Notes: generated by a model not told the origin, from the sequence alone. A DNA stretch of 64,000 bases from an uncultured Candidatus Rokubacteria bacterium (GCA_963826115.1 CAWGVS010000012.1:608001-672000), one strand, 5' to 3'. Numbered from the stretch's first letter, positions 49,967 to 60,775 are shown. Numbers and translations are program-made.

Positions 49967-50842
49967 TCAGTGCGCGGCGCCCGCGCGCTCGAGGGCGCGC
50001 CGGATCGCCCGGCCCGTCAGCACGCGGACCAGGTCACGCTTGTATTCGACGGACCCGCGGAGGTCCTCCGACGGATCGCTCGCCGCGGCCGCGGCCTTCG
50101 CCACCTCGCGGATCGTCGCCTCGTCGGGGCGATGGCCCTGGAGGAGGGCCTCGGCCCGCGCGGCCTTGATGGGCGTGGGCCCCACGTTGGTGAGCCCGAT
50201 CCCCGCGTGGGCGCACGTCCCGTCGGCGGCGAGCGTGACCTGGACGGCCACTCCCGCCGTCGCGAAGTCCCCGACCTTCCGCTCGAGCTTCAGGTAGGCC
50301 CCGCCCGACCGCGCGGGCGGGAGCGGGACCCGGATCTCGGTGAGGATCTCGCCCGCGCCGAGGGCCGTCTCGAGGGGACCCGTGAAGAAGCCCGTGACCG
50401 GGATGCGCCGGGTCCCCTTCGGCCCGGTCGCCGACACCTCCGCCTCGAGCGCCAGCATCACCGCGGGGTGGTCGTTGGCCGGATCGCCGTGGGCCAGGTT
50501 GCCGCCGACCGTCGCGAGGTTCCGCACGAGCGGGTCGGCGATCACCCGGCACGCGTCGGCGAGGATCGGGAAGCGCCGCCGCACGAGGTCCGACGCCTCG
50601 AGCTCCGACTCCCGCACGAGGGCGCCGATCACGAGCGCGCCGTCCCGCTCGGCGATCGCGCCGAGCCCGGCGATCCGGTTCAGGTCGACGACGTGGCGGG
50701 GCGAGGCGAGCCGGAGCTTCATCAGCGGGATCAGGCTCTGGCCGCCCGCGAGGACCTTGGCGTCCTCGCCCAGCCGGCCGAGGAGGGCGATCGCATCCTG
50801 CAGGGTGGACGGGCGGTGGTACTCGAAGGCCGCGGGAATCAT
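49967..50842 (-). CDS. coxM: CO dehydrogenase medium (FAD) subunit
   Basis: [14 protein letters not shown] and RNLATVGGN. Confidence 0.94.
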   Translation of the reverse strand: MIPAAFEYHRPSTLQDAIALLGRLGEDAKVLAGGQSLIPLMKLRLASPRHVVDLNRIAGLGAIAERDGALVIGALVRESELEASDLVRRRFPILADACRVIADPLVRNLATVGGNLAHGDPANDHPAVMLALEAEVSATGPKGTRRIPVTGFFTGPLETALGAGEILTEIRVPLPPARSGGAYLKLERKVGDFATAGVAVQVTLAADGTCAHAGIGLTNVGPTPIKAARAEALLQGHRPDEATIREVAKAAAAASDPSEDLRGSVEYKRDLVRVLTGRAIRRALERAGAAH

Positions 50843-50899
50843 GCTCGTCCTCCCAGCGCCGGCGATGAGGGGACCGGAGGCGATGCGGACCGCGGCCCG

Positions 50900-50928
50900 A
50901 TACTAGGAGTCGCGTTCCGGACTGTCAA
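50900..50928 (-). promoter_or_regulatory. Putative sigma70 promoter of coxMSL
   Basis: TTGACA-17 bp-TAGTAT. Confidence 0.75.
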
Positions 50929-50946
50929 GCAGACGACGGTGGCTCC

Positions 50947-52293
50947 TGTTGGGAGCACATGATGTGACCGCTCCCGAGAGCAAGTGACATGACCGCTCCT
51001 GCAGGCCCCAGGGGAAGCTACCGCCACCGAGGCGGTGGCGATGAGCTATCCCGTGGCGGCCGTGGAGCGTGCCATGACGATCCACCAGGCCATCCTTCAC
51101 GCCTTGCATGGTCGCCAGACCTGGCTTCAGGTCGCCGACGTCCTGGGGTTGAGCCCCCGGACCGTGCGGCGCTGGCGGTGGAAGTTTGAGCGCGATGGGG
51201 TCAAAGGCCTGCTCGATCGGCGCCGGCAGACCCCATCGACCCGACGGGTGCCCGTCGCGGAGCTCCAACGCGTCCGGCGCTTGTATCGGGAGCGCTACAC
51301 GGGCTTCAACGTCCGCCACTTCCACCAGCTCGCCCAGCGGGATCACGGGGTGACGTTTTCCTACACCCTCGTGAAGGCCGCGCTCCAGCAGGCCGGCCTC
51401 GTCCGGCGGGCCCGCGCCCGCGGCCGGCATCGTCGGCGGCGCGAGCCCCGCCCGGGCTTCGGCGAACTGCTGCACCTCGATGGCAGTCGCCACCGCTGGC
51501 TCGCCCTGGTCCCGGAGGCCTGGCACACCCTCCTGGTCGTCGTCGACGATGCGACGAAGCAGGTGCTCGATGCCCACCTCAGAGACGGGGGCGAGAGCAC
51601 GCGCGCGATCATGACCGCCTTGTCGGCCGTGTGCACGCGGTACGGGTTGCCCGGCGCCCTGTACACCGACCGTGCGCACTGGGCCGTCCACACCGCAACC
51701 TCGGGCAGTGCGCCCGATCGTACTCGCCTGACGCAGGTGGGCCGCGCGCTGCAGGCCCTCGGCATCGAACACATCCTCGGCCACTCCCCGCAGGCCCGCG
51801 GGCGCAGCGAACGCGCCAACCGCACGCTGCAGGATCGACTGGTCAACGAGCGGCGCGTCGCGGGGATCCGGACCGTCCCGGCCGCCAATCGCTACCTCGC
51901 GGGGCGCTTCCTCCCGGCCTACAACCAGACCTTCGGCCGCCCGCCCACCGACCCGCATTCGGCCTTCGTGCCCGTCACCCCGGCTCAGCTCGAGCCCATC
52001 CTCTGCCATGCGGAGGGGCGCGTCGTCGCCCGGGACAACACCGTGACCCTGGATCGTGTGGTCCTGCAGCTCAGCCAGCAGCGCGGCCGCCGCACCTGCG
52101 CCGGCCTCCCGGTCCTGGTGCGCCGCCACCTCGATGGCCGCCACTCCGTGTGGTGGTGGGGGCGGCGCTGCCTGGGCCGCTACGATCCGCAGGGCCGCCC
52201 GCTCACCGCCCTCCCAGCCCCCGTATCGGCCTAACCATGGACCGGTCACTTCACGTGTCAAAACCCGAGCGGTCAGATCACTTGTCAACAACA
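50947..52293 (+). mobile_element. IS1202-family (ISNCY) insertion sequence with 18-bp target duplication
   Basis: TGT...ACA ends, repeated TGAnnTGACCG motifs at both ends, flanking gcagacgacggtggctcc at 50929-50946 and 52294-52311. Confidence 0.92.
51035..52234 (+). CDS. DDE transposase (IS1202/ISNCY type)
   Basis: HTH; GELLHLDGSRHRW; VDDAT; LYTDR; SPQARGRSERANRTLQDRL. Confidence 0.95.
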   Translation: MAMSYPVAAVERAMTIHQAILHALHGRQTWLQVADVLGLSPRTVRRWRWKFERDGVKGLLDRRRQTPSTRRVPVAELQRVRRLYRERYTGFNVRHFHQLAQRDHGVTFSYTLVKAALQQAGLVRRARARGRHRRRREPRPGFGELLHLDGSRHRWLALVPEAWHTLLVVVDDATKQVLDAHLRDGGESTRAIMTALSAVCTRYGLPGALYTDRAHWAVHTATSGSAPDRTRLTQVGRALQALGIEHILGHSPQARGRSERANRTLQDRLVNERRVAGIRTVPAANRYLAGRFLPAYNQTFGRPPTDPHSAFVPVTPAQLEPILCHAEGRVVARDNTVTLDRVVLQLSQQRGRRTCAGLPVLVRRHLDGRHSVWWWGRRCLGRYDPQGRPLTALPAPVSA

Positions 52294-52385
52294 GCAGACG
52301 ACGGTGGCTCCCGTCTCGGCCTTGAAATCGTCAGTCTCGGAGGGAAGTTCCCGCAGTCACCCGGCGTGGGCCGGGGACCGCGCGG

Positions 52386-53636
52386 TCACACCACGGGAAG
52401 CGCGGCCGGGGCGCGCCGCGTCAGGAGCTCCGCCCCTGACGGCGTCACCACGATGTTCTCCTCGTGCACCATGAGACGCCGCGCCAGACCGCCCGCCCCG
52501 GGCAGCGTGAGGCTCGGCTCGAGCGTGAGGACCATGCCGGCCTCGAGGACCGTGTCGTCGTCGGGGGCGAGGGACGGCGGCTCGGTCAGGTCGAGGCCGA
52601 GGCCGTGTCCCATCCGGCCGACCGGCGTGTCACGCCGGCCCGCCGGATCCACCACCGCCGCCATCGCGCGCCACACCTCGGCGGCGGTCCGGCCCGGGCG
52701 CATGGCGGCGAGCCCGGCCTCGGTGGCCGCGAACACGCGCCGGTAGGCGTCCTGCATCTCGTCGGACGCGCGGCCGAAGGCGAAGTTCCGGTCGAAATCG
52801 CAGAAGTAGCCGCGCCAGGTTGCCCCCACGTCGATGATCAGGAGGTCGCCGGTCTCGAGCCGCCGGTCGGTTGGGCCCATGTTGATCTGCTCGTAGCCGT
52901 GCGGGCCCGAGACGGGGATGAGGTACGGGACCGCGTCGGCGCCGAGCTCGACGAGGAGCCCGTGGAACCGGCGCGCCACGTCGCGCTCGGTCAGCCCGGG
53001 CCGGAGCTCGCCGGCCAGCCGCGCGAACCCCTCGCTCGCGAGCTCCGCGCTCCGGCGAACGCGCGCCACCTCGAGGGCGCTCTTCACCATGCGCACCGGC
53101 CGGAGGACGGGCCCCGCGTCGAGGAAGGGCTCGGGCCGCGTCGCGGCGACCCGCAGGAAGTCGGCGATGGGCATCTGGACCCGCATCTCGGGACCGATCT
53201 CCGCCGCGACGCGGCCGCGCGGCCCGGCGAGCTCGCGGAGGGCGTCGACCACCAGGCTCACGCCGTCGTCGGCCGGGCGGGGGGCGGGCCACGTCCGCAC
53301 GTCCTCGAGCCACGTCGTGGCGCGGATGCCCGCCGCGTTGCTCGACGGGGCCACGGCCACGGGCTCGCCCTCGACGGGGAGAAGGACGAACCGCGGCCGC
53401 GTGGGGCTCACCCAGGTCTGGCTGTGGAAGCCCGTGAGATAGCGGATGTTCTTCTCGGAGGTGAGGAACAGGCAGTCGACCCGCGCGTCGGCCATCCGCC
53501 GCCGCACCGCCGCGACCCGCCGCCGGTACTCCTCGGGCGGGAACTCCCAGCCGGCGTCCGCCGGCGGGCGATCGAGGCGCCCCCAACCCGTTCCGCCGGC
53601 GCGCCCGGGCGGCCCGCCTCCCCCCGTGGGACTCAT
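52386..53636 (-). CDS. M24 Xaa-Pro peptidase-family protein
   Basis: RYLTGF, RMVKS, IDVG..GYFCD, GHGLG, EP and HEE motifs. Confidence 0.92.
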   Translation of the reverse strand: MSPTGGGGPPGRAGGTGWGRLDRPPADAGWEFPPEEYRRRVAAVRRRMADARVDCLFLTSEKNIRYLTGFHSQTWVSPTRPRFVLLPVEGEPVAVAPSSNAAGIRATTWLEDVRTWPAPRPADDGVSLVVDALRELAGPRGRVAAEIGPEMRVQMPIADFLRVAATRPEPFLDAGPVLRPVRMVKSALEVARVRRSAELASEGFARLAGELRPGLTERDVARRFHGLLVELGADAVPYLIPVSGPHGYEQINMGPTDRRLETGDLLIIDVGATWRGYFCDFDRNFAFGRASDEMQDAYRRVFAATEAGLAAMRPGRTAAEVWRAMAAVVDPAGRRDTPVGRMGHGLGLDLTEPPSLAPDDDTVLEAGMVLTLEPSLTLPGAGGLARRLMVHEENIVVTPSGAELLTRRAPAALPVV

Positions 53637-53758
53637 GGCCCCCGCAGGGTACACTGGGGGCCGACGGGACTCCCAGCCTTCGGGCCCGGTGCGGCCGGCG
53701 GCGGGATGGCGGATCTCGAGCGCTCGGTCGACGGGCCGGTCAACGTGGAGGATCACGC

Positions 53759-54646
53759 ATGCTCACGCGCGAGCAGGTGCAGACGTACCGGAGAGACGGC
53801 TACCTCGTGATCGAGAACGTCCTGAGCCCAGCGGAGCTCGGGACCCTCCGCCAGGTCATTGCCGACCTGATCGAAGGCTCGCGCGCGATCACCACCCACG
53901 ACAAGGTCTACGACCTCGAGCCGACGCACACCGCCGAGGAGCCGCGGGTCCGCCGGATCAAGGAGCCGCACAACGTCCACGCGGCCTTCCGCGACGTCGC
54001 GTTCAGCCCGAAGATCGCGGCGATCCTCGGCCCGCTCCTCGGGCCCTCCGGCGTCCGCTACCAGACCGGCAAGCTCAACATGAAGTCGGCGGGCTACGGC
54101 GCCGCGGTGGAGTGGCACCAGGACTGGGCCTTCTACCCGCACACGAACGACGACCTCCTGGCGATCGGGCTCTACCTCGACGACTGCGGACCGGACAACG
54201 GGCCCCTCATGGTGATCCCCGGCAGTCACACGTGGCCGATCGCCGACCACCACGCCGACGGGGTGTTCTGCGGCGCCATCGACCCCAAGGCCGCGGACAT
54301 CGACTTCTCCAAGGCGGTGATGCTCACCGGCCCCGCGGGGAGCATGACGATCCACCACGTCCGGATGGTGCACGGCTCGGCCCTGAACACGTCGAACCGC
54401 CCCCGGCGCCTCCTCCTCTTCCAGTACACGGCGGTCGACGCCTTCCCGCTGATGGGCATCCCGGACTGGGCGGCGTTCAACGCGAACATCGTGACGGGCG
54501 AGCCGACGATGGTGCCCCGGATGACCCCCGTGCCGGTCCGGATCCCGCTGCCGGCCGCGCCCTTCGCGGGGTCGATCTACGAGAACCAGCGGACGCTGGA
54601 GAACCGCTACTTCGAGGTCTTCGACGAAGAGGAGAAGGTCACCTAA
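53759..54646 (+). CDS. PhyH-family Fe(II)/2OG dioxygenase
   Basis: WHQDW, NGPLMVIPGSH, HGS..N and R motifs. Confidence 0.93.
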   Translation: MLTREQVQTYRRDGYLVIENVLSPAELGTLRQVIADLIEGSRAITTHDKVYDLEPTHTAEEPRVRRIKEPHNVHAAFRDVAFSPKIAAILGPLLGPSGVRYQTGKLNMKSAGYGAAVEWHQDWAFYPHTNDDLLAIGLYLDDCGPDNGPLMVIPGSHTWPIADHHADGVFCGAIDPKAADIDFSKAVMLTGPAGSMTIHHVRMVHGSALNTSNRPRRLLLFQYTAVDAFPLMGIPDWAAFNANIVTGEPTMVPRMTPVPVRIPLPAAPFAGSIYENQRTLENRYFEVFDEEEKVT

Positions 54647-54695
54647 GCGGCCGCCGCTCGCGCCGCGCTCCTCGCGCGCCGCGCCTTGCGGACCC

Positions 54696-55973
54696 TTGGC
54701 GCGGGTGTTACGGTCTCCTGGCGTACGCAGCGAACCACAGGGAGCTCCGCCAGTTCGCTCCCGGATCCCGGAGCGCCCCGATGGTGCCACAGTCACGCTG
54801 GATGCCGCCGCTCGCCGCGCCGTGTACGACCTCCTGATCCACGCGGGGCGCGTGGTCTGCCCGGCGACCGGCCTCGACGGGCCGGGGGCGCTCGCCGTCG
54901 CGGACGGGCGGATCGTCGCCGCGGGCCCGGGCGTGGACGGGCCGGCGCGCGAGACGCGCTCCCTGCCGGACGCTACCCTCCTCCCGGGGCTGGTCGACCT
55001 CCACGCGCACCCGGCGCGGGGCGAGTCCCGCTACGGGGTCGATCCGGACCTCCACTTCCTGCCGTTCGGGACGACCACCGTCCTCGCCCAGGGCGAGGCC
55101 GGGGCTCTCAATCTCGCGCGCTACCAGGCGACGGTGATCGAGCCCTCGCGGACGCGCGTCCGGCTCGCCGTCAACATCGGCCGGCGGGGCGAGGCGACGC
55201 CCGGCGGGGCGTGCGAGGCCGGGGAGGACGTCGACGCCGCGGCGTGCATCGAGGCGGTGCGGGCGAACCAGAAGCAGGGCGGCGAGGCGCTCTGGGGGCT
55301 CTCGGTCAACGTGAGCCCGGCCACGTGCGGCCGCACCGACCCGCGCGCGGTGATGGCGGCGGGGCTCAGGGCCGCGGAGGAGACCGGGCTCCCGCTCCTC
55401 TTCGGACCGCGCCGCGCGGCCGACTGGGCGCTCGCGGACCAGCTGCCGCGCCTCCGCCCCGGCGACGTGGTCACCTATTGCTTCACGGATTGCGCGGAAG
55501 GCCTCCTCGACGGGGATCGCGTCCGCGACGCGGTCTGGGCCGCGCGCGAGCGGGGGATCCGCTTCGACGTGGGTCACGGGATGGGCTCGTTCGACTTCCG
55601 CGTGGCCGAGCGGGCCATCCGGGAGGGCTTCCTCCCCGATGCGATCTCGACCGACCGGTACCAGCGTCACCTCGCGCTGTCGCCGCGCCACGACCTCCCG
55701 CGCACGCTCTCCAAGCTCCTCGCGGCGGGGATGACCGAGCCGGACGTCTTCCTGCGCGTGACGACGCGGCCGGCGGCGATCCTCGGCCTCGCCGGCGAGA
55801 TCGGGACGCTCGCCCCCGGGGCCTGCGCGGACCTCGCGGCGCTCGCATGGAATCCTGCCGCGCCGCCGCTCCGCGACACGGCCGGCGCCGAGCGTCCGGG
55901 CGGCGCCTGGGCGCCGGTCCTGACCGTCCGCGCCGGCCGGGTGATCCCCGTCACCGCCGAGACCGCCCCCTGA
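54696..55973 (+). CDS. Amidohydrolase (dihydroorotase/deacetylase-like); true start probably further downstream
   Basis: PGLVDLHAH, FDVGHG..SF, ISTD and GTLAPGACADL. Confidence 0.88.
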   Translation: MARVLRSPGVRSEPQGAPPVRSRIPERPDGATVTLDAAARRAVYDLLIHAGRVVCPATGLDGPGALAVADGRIVAAGPGVDGPARETRSLPDATLLPGLVDLHAHPARGESRYGVDPDLHFLPFGTTTVLAQGEAGALNLARYQATVIEPSRTRVRLAVNIGRRGEATPGGACEAGEDVDAAACIEAVRANQKQGGEALWGLSVNVSPATCGRTDPRAVMAAGLRAAEETGLPLLFGPRRAADWALADQLPRLRPGDVVTYCFTDCAEGLLDGDRVRDAVWAARERGIRFDVGHGMGSFDFRVAERAIREGFLPDAISTDRYQRHLALSPRHDLPRTLSKLLAAGMTEPDVFLRVTTRPAAILGLAGEIGTLAPGACADLAALAWNPAAPPLRDTAGAERPGGAWAPVLTVRAGRVIPVTAETAP

Positions 55974-56866
55974 TGCCGTCGCGCTGGGAGCGGCTGAAGA
56001 ACGACCAGCGGGTGCTCGCGGCCCTGTTCCTGCTCCCCGCGCTGCTGGTCCTCGTGAGCGTCGTGGTGTACCCGTTCGCCGACGCCGTCTGGATCAGCTT
56101 CCAGGCGAAGCAGGCCGGCACGCCCGGGCGCTTCATCGGGCTCCAGAACTACGGCGAGCTCCTCGGCAACCCGGTCTTCCTCCAGATCGTCGGGAACACG
56201 ATCTTCTACACGGGCGTCGCGGTCGCGATCAAGTTCCTGCTGGGGCTCCTGGCGGCGCTGGTGCTGGCGCCCGCGCGCCGCCTAAACGGCCTGTACCGCA
56301 CCGTGCTCTTCGTCCCGTGGGCCGTGCCCACCGTGATCGCGGCGCTCAACTGGCGGTGGGTCTACGACGAGTTCAGCGGCATGCTGAACAACGTGCTGCT
56401 CGCGCTCGGGCTCACGCAGAACGTCGTCGCCTGGCTGGCCGAGCCGCGGCTCGCCATGTGGTGCGTGATCGCCGTCGCGGTGTGGACGGGCACGCCCTTC
56501 TACACGATGAGCTTCCTGGCCGGGCTCCAGGCCATCCCCAAGGAGCTCTACGAGGCCGCCCGGCTCGACGGCGCCTCCGCGCTCCAGGAGTTCCGCCACG
56601 TGACCGTGCCCGGGATGCAGGCGATCTTCCTGGTCACGGTCATGCTGTCGACGGTCTTCACCTCGACCAGCCTGGTGATCGTCAACATCCTCACCAACGG
56701 CGCGCCGGCCGAGCGCACGAACATCCTTCCGAACTTCTCCTACAACCTCGCGATGGGGACGGGGCGGCTCGGGATCGCGTCGGCGGTCAACATGATCTTC
56801 TTCCCGCTCCTGATCCTGATGATCGTGGGGCTCAGCCGGCGCCTCCTGGCGGCGCGCGCGGCCTGA
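55973..56866 (+). CDS. Carbohydrate ABC permease
   Basis: FIGLQNY; LAGLQAIPKELYEAARLDGAS. Confidence 0.94.
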   Translation: MPSRWERLKNDQRVLAALFLLPALLVLVSVVVYPFADAVWISFQAKQAGTPGRFIGLQNYGELLGNPVFLQIVGNTIFYTGVAVAIKFLLGLLAALVLAPARRLNGLYRTVLFVPWAVPTVIAALNWRWVYDEFSGMLNNVLLALGLTQNVVAWLAEPRLAMWCVIAVAVWTGTPFYTMSFLAGLQAIPKELYEAARLDGASALQEFRHVTVPGMQAIFLVTVMLSTVFTSTSLVIVNILTNGAPAERTNILPNFSYNLAMGTGRLGIASAVNMIFFPLLILMIVGLSRRLLAARAA

Positions 56867-56870
56867 CGCG

Positions 56871-57722
56871 ATGGCGGCCCCGGCGAGCGCGTCGCGGCAG
56901 CGGTGGCTCCGGGAGGCCGCGGCCTACCTCGTGCTCCTGGTCCTGATGGTCTGGACCCTCGGCCCGCTCTACTGGATGGTGACCACCTCGCTCAAGACGA
57001 ACGCCGAGGTGTACGGGACCACGGCGACGCTCTGGCCGCGGCAGCCGACCTGGGCGAACTACCGCGTCCTCTTCACGAAGACGCCGTTCGCCGTGTACTT
57101 CCAGAACAGCGTCCTCATCGCGCTCGGGACCACGTTCATCACCGTGCTGGCGAGCGCGCTCGGCGCCTACGCGCTGGTCCGGCTCCGCTTCCCGGGCCGT
57201 CGCCTCCTCGCGCGCGTCCTCGTCTACACGTACCTCGTGCCGCAGTCGCTCCTGTTCATTCCGCTCTTCACGATCCTCGTGAACGCCGGGCTCTCCAACA
57301 CGCGCACCGGCCTCGTCCTCACGTACCTCGGCTTCACGGTGCCGTTCTGCACGTGGCTCCTGATGGGCTACTTCCTGTCGGTGCCGGTCGAGCTGGAGGA
57401 GGCGGGCCTCGTCGACGGCTGCAGCCGCCTGGGCGTGCTCTTCCGCATCGTGATGCCGGTGACCCTGCCCGCGCTCGCGGTGACGGCGTTCTTCTCGTTC
57501 ACGCTGTCCTGGAACGAGTACCTCTACGCCTCCGTCTTCGTCTCGGACGTGAACGCGAAGACCATCCCGACCGGCATCCCGAGCTTCATCATCGAGGACG
57601 TGTTCTTCTGGGGGCCGATGATGGCCTCCACCGTGCTGAGCGTGATCCCGCCGCTCGCCGTCTACTTCCTGTTCCAGCGATGGCTGATCACCGGTCTCAC
57701 CCTGGGCGCCGTCAAGGGCTGA
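56871..57722 (+). CDS. Carbohydrate ABC permease
   Basis: PVELEEAGLVDG; SWNEY. Confidence 0.94.
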   Translation: MAAPASASRQRWLREAAAYLVLLVLMVWTLGPLYWMVTTSLKTNAEVYGTTATLWPRQPTWANYRVLFTKTPFAVYFQNSVLIALGTTFITVLASALGAYALVRLRFPGRRLLARVLVYTYLVPQSLLFIPLFTILVNAGLSNTRTGLVLTYLGFTVPFCTWLLMGYFLSVPVELEEAGLVDGCSRLGVLFRIVMPVTLPALAVTAFFSFTLSWNEYLYASVFVSDVNAKTIPTGIPSFIIEDVFFWGPMMASTVLSVIPPLAVYFLFQRWLITGLTLGAVKG

Positions 57723-57760
57723 CGCCGCCCCGCTCCCGAACCCCTGACACGGAGGACCGC

Positions 57761-59101
57761 ATGATGGACTCTCCCAAGCTGACCCGCCGGACGCTGCTCA
57801 AGGCCGGAGCCGGCGCCGCCGCGTTCGCCACCACGAGCAACATCTTCACGCCGCTCAAGAGCTTCGCCGCGCGGGACCAGAAGCTCGTCTTCTGGCTTCA
57901 GCCGAACTTCAACCCGACGGCGGACAAGATCCTCGAGGAGCAGACGCGCGCCTTCGCCAAGCAGGCCGGGCTGAAGGACGCGGAGCTCCAGATCCTCAAG
58001 GTGCCCGGCGGCGAGATCCCCACCCGCATGGCGGCCGCGCTCGAGGTGAACGCGCCGCCCGACGTGACGCGGCTCGAGGAGGGCTTCGTCGCGCGCATGC
58101 GGGCCCAGAAGGCGCTCCTCGACATCACCGACGTGATGGGCGAGATGAAGAAGGTCCCGGGCGGCGTCAACGCGGCCGTCGTTGGCCTGACCGAGGAGGG
58201 CGGCCGCAACTTCGCGGTCCCCATGGGCCTGAACCCGGTGGTCATGCACGCCCGCATGGACCTCCTGGAGCAGGCCGGCTACAGCACGTTCCCCGAGACC
58301 TGGGAGAAGTTCATCGAGGCCTCGCTCAAGATCAACAAGCCGCCGTTCTATGCCTACGGGATGGCGCTCGGCACGTCGCCCGGAAACGACAGCACCGAGG
58401 ACATCATGGCGTGCGTGTGGGCGTACGGCGGCAACATCATCGACAAGAACAACCGGGTGGTCTTCAACTCCCCCGGCACCGTGGCGGGCTTCCAGCTGGC
58501 CAAGGACATGTACCTGAAGCACCAGATCGTCCCGAAGGGGACGCTCAGCTGGGACAACTCGGGGAACAACAAGGCGTACCAGTCGAAGCAGGTGGCCTTC
58601 GTCTACAACCCGCCGAGCGTCTACTCCTACCTCCTCCAGGAGGACAAGGAGCTGGCCGCCAAGACCGGGATCTTCGCGGCCCCCGGCGGACCGGCCGGGC
58701 GGATGAAGCGCGTGTACTGCGACTACTACGGCGTCTTCAAGGCGACCCCGTACCCGGACATCGCCAAGGGCCTCGTCCGGTACTTCATGGAGCCGAAGAA
58801 CTACAACGAGTTCATCACCGGCACGGCCTCGCGGTACCTGCCGGTGTACCCGAAGCTCCTCGACGATCCCTTCTGGACCTCGAAGAAGGAGTTCGCCGGG
58901 CTCATCCAGATCGGCCGCGAGGGCGAGACGATCGCGCGGGCCGGCGTCATCACGGCGGCGCTCGGCGAGGTGGTCGCGCAGTCGCTCCTCGCGAAGTCGG
59001 TCCAGACGGTGCTGGTCAACAACGTCGATCCCGCCGAGGCCGTGGCCAAGGCCCACGCGGAGATCGTCGCCATCTACAAGCGCTTCAACGAGCCGGTCTA
59101 G
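57761..59101 (+). CDS. ABC substrate-binding protein (family 1), Tat signal
   Basis: GGAGG RBS; TRRTLL; PETWE; WDNSGNN. Confidence 0.92.
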   Translation: MMDSPKLTRRTLLKAGAGAAAFATTSNIFTPLKSFAARDQKLVFWLQPNFNPTADKILEEQTRAFAKQAGLKDAELQILKVPGGEIPTRMAAALEVNAPPDVTRLEEGFVARMRAQKALLDITDVMGEMKKVPGGVNAAVVGLTEEGGRNFAVPMGLNPVVMHARMDLLEQAGYSTFPETWEKFIEASLKINKPPFYAYGMALGTSPGNDSTEDIMACVWAYGGNIIDKNNRVVFNSPGTVAGFQLAKDMYLKHQIVPKGTLSWDNSGNNKAYQSKQVAFVYNPPSVYSYLLQEDKELAAKTGIFAAPGGPAGRMKRVYCDYYGVFKATPYPDIAKGLVRYFMEPKNYNEFITGTASRYLPVYPKLLDDPFWTSKKEFAGLIQIGREGETIARAGVITAALGEVVAQSLLAKSVQTVLVNNVDPAEAVAKAHAEIVAIYKRFNEPV

Positions 59102-59173
59102 GCCGGCCGCGTTCCGCCACGCCGGCGCCTCCCCGCGGGGGCGCCGGCGCCGCATCACGCCCGGAAGGGACCG

Positions 59174-60775
59174 ATGCTCGACCTCGTGATCTCGGGCGGC
59201 CTCGTGCTCGACGGCACGGGCGCGCCCACCGTGCCGGCCGACGTGGGCGTGGCCGGCGGGCGGATCGTCGAGGTCGGGCGCCTCCCGGGCGTCCGGGCGA
59301 CCCGGGTGATCCGCGCCGACGGGCGCGTCGTCTGTCCCGGCTTCATCGACATGCACGCCCACGACGACTTCAACCTGCCGGTGAACCCGCTGGCGGCCGA
59401 GAAGACGCGGCAGGGCGTGACCACCCTCGTGACCGGCAACTGCGGGCTGTCGCCCGCGCCGCTCGGCACCGCGCACCGCCAGGCCGTCCTCGACGCGGTC
59501 GACACGCTCGACAGCGGCCTCGCCTACGACTGGCCGACGTTCGGCGCGTTCCTCGACCGGATGCCGCCCCTCGGCCTGAACGTGGCGACGCTCGTCGGCC
59601 ACGGGACCGTGCGCGCCGCCGTGCTGGGCGGCGAGGCGCGGGCGCCCCGCCCGGACGAGCTCGCGCGCATGGCGGCGCTGGTCGACGAGGCAATGGCGGC
59701 CGGCGCCTTCGGGCTCTCGACGGGGCTTTTCGGCCCGCCGTCCGGGTATGCGGCGACCGACGAGGTCGTCGCGCTCGCCCGCGTCGCCGCCCGCCACGGC
59801 GGCGCCTACCACACGCACATGCGCGACGAGGGCGTGCGGATCGCCGAGGCCGTCGACGAGGCGCTCGCGATCGGCGCGCAGGCTGGCTGCCCCGTCCAGA
59901 TCTCGCACCTCAAGATCTCGAGCCTCGACCGCTGGGGGCGCGCCCCCGAGATCCTCGCCGCGATCGCCGCTGCCCGGGCCCGCGGCGTGCGCGTGACGTG
60001 CGATCAGTACCCCTATCACGCGTCGAGCGGCGGGCTTCGCCACCACTTGCCGGCGTGGGTCCACGCGGGCGGCCTCCCCGCGCTCCTCGGCCGGATTCGC
60101 GAGTCCGCGACGCGCGCCCGCCTCCGCTACGACCTCGTCGAGGGGATGGCGAAGGCTGGCGTCTCGATGCGCTTCTACCGGTGGGACCTGACGCGGGTCA
60201 GCGAGTCGCCGACGCGCCCGGAGTACGCGGGGCGCACGCTGGCCGAGATCGGCGCGCGCGAGGGGAAGGCGCCGGTCGATGCGCTCCTCGACCTGCTCCT
60301 GGCGGACGGCGGGCGCACCGGCGGGATCTACTTCCACATCAGCGAGGACGACGTCCGGACCATCATGCGCGATCCGCACGTCGGCGTCGGCTCGGACGGC
60401 CTCTACACCGGCCGCCCGGGGCAGCCCGCGCGGGGGCGCCCGCACCCGCGCCACTTCGGGACCTTCCCGCGCGTCCTCGGCCGCTACGTCCGGGGCGAGG
60501 GCGTCCTCGCACTGCCGGAGGCGGTCCGCAAGATGACGTCCCTCTCGGCCGACGCGCTCGGCCTCGCGGATCGCGGCCGGATCCGGGCCGGCGCGGCGGC
60601 CGACCTCGTCGTCTTCGACCCGGCCACGGTCCTCGACCGCGCCACGTTCGAGGCACCCCATGCGGCCCCCGAGGGCATCGGCGCGGTCGTCGTCAACGGC
60701 GTCCCCGTCGTCCTCGACGGCGAGCCCACGGGCGCGACGCCCGGGCGCGTGCTCCGCCGCGGGCGGCCCGGCTAG
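59174..60775 (+). CDS. N-acyl-D-amino-acid deacylase family protein
   Basis: PGFIDMHAH, GNCG, THMRDE, GSDG and HPRHFGTFPR. Confidence 0.93.
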   Translation: MLDLVISGGLVLDGTGAPTVPADVGVAGGRIVEVGRLPGVRATRVIRADGRVVCPGFIDMHAHDDFNLPVNPLAAEKTRQGVTTLVTGNCGLSPAPLGTAHRQAVLDAVDTLDSGLAYDWPTFGAFLDRMPPLGLNVATLVGHGTVRAAVLGGEARAPRPDELARMAALVDEAMAAGAFGLSTGLFGPPSGYAATDEVVALARVAARHGGAYHTHMRDEGVRIAEAVDEALAIGAQAGCPVQISHLKISSLDRWGRAPEILAAIAAARARGVRVTCDQYPYHASSGGLRHHLPAWVHAGGLPALLGRIRESATRARLRYDLVEGMAKAGVSMRFYRWDLTRVSESPTRPEYAGRTLAEIGAREGKAPVDALLDLLLADGGRTGGIYFHISEDDVRTIMRDPHVGVGSDGLYTGRPGQPARGRPHPRHFGTFPRVLGRYVRGEGVLALPEAVRKMTSLSADALGLADRGRIRAGAAADLVVFDPATVLDRATFEAPHAAPEGIGAVVVNGVPVVLDGEPTGATPGRVLRRGRPG

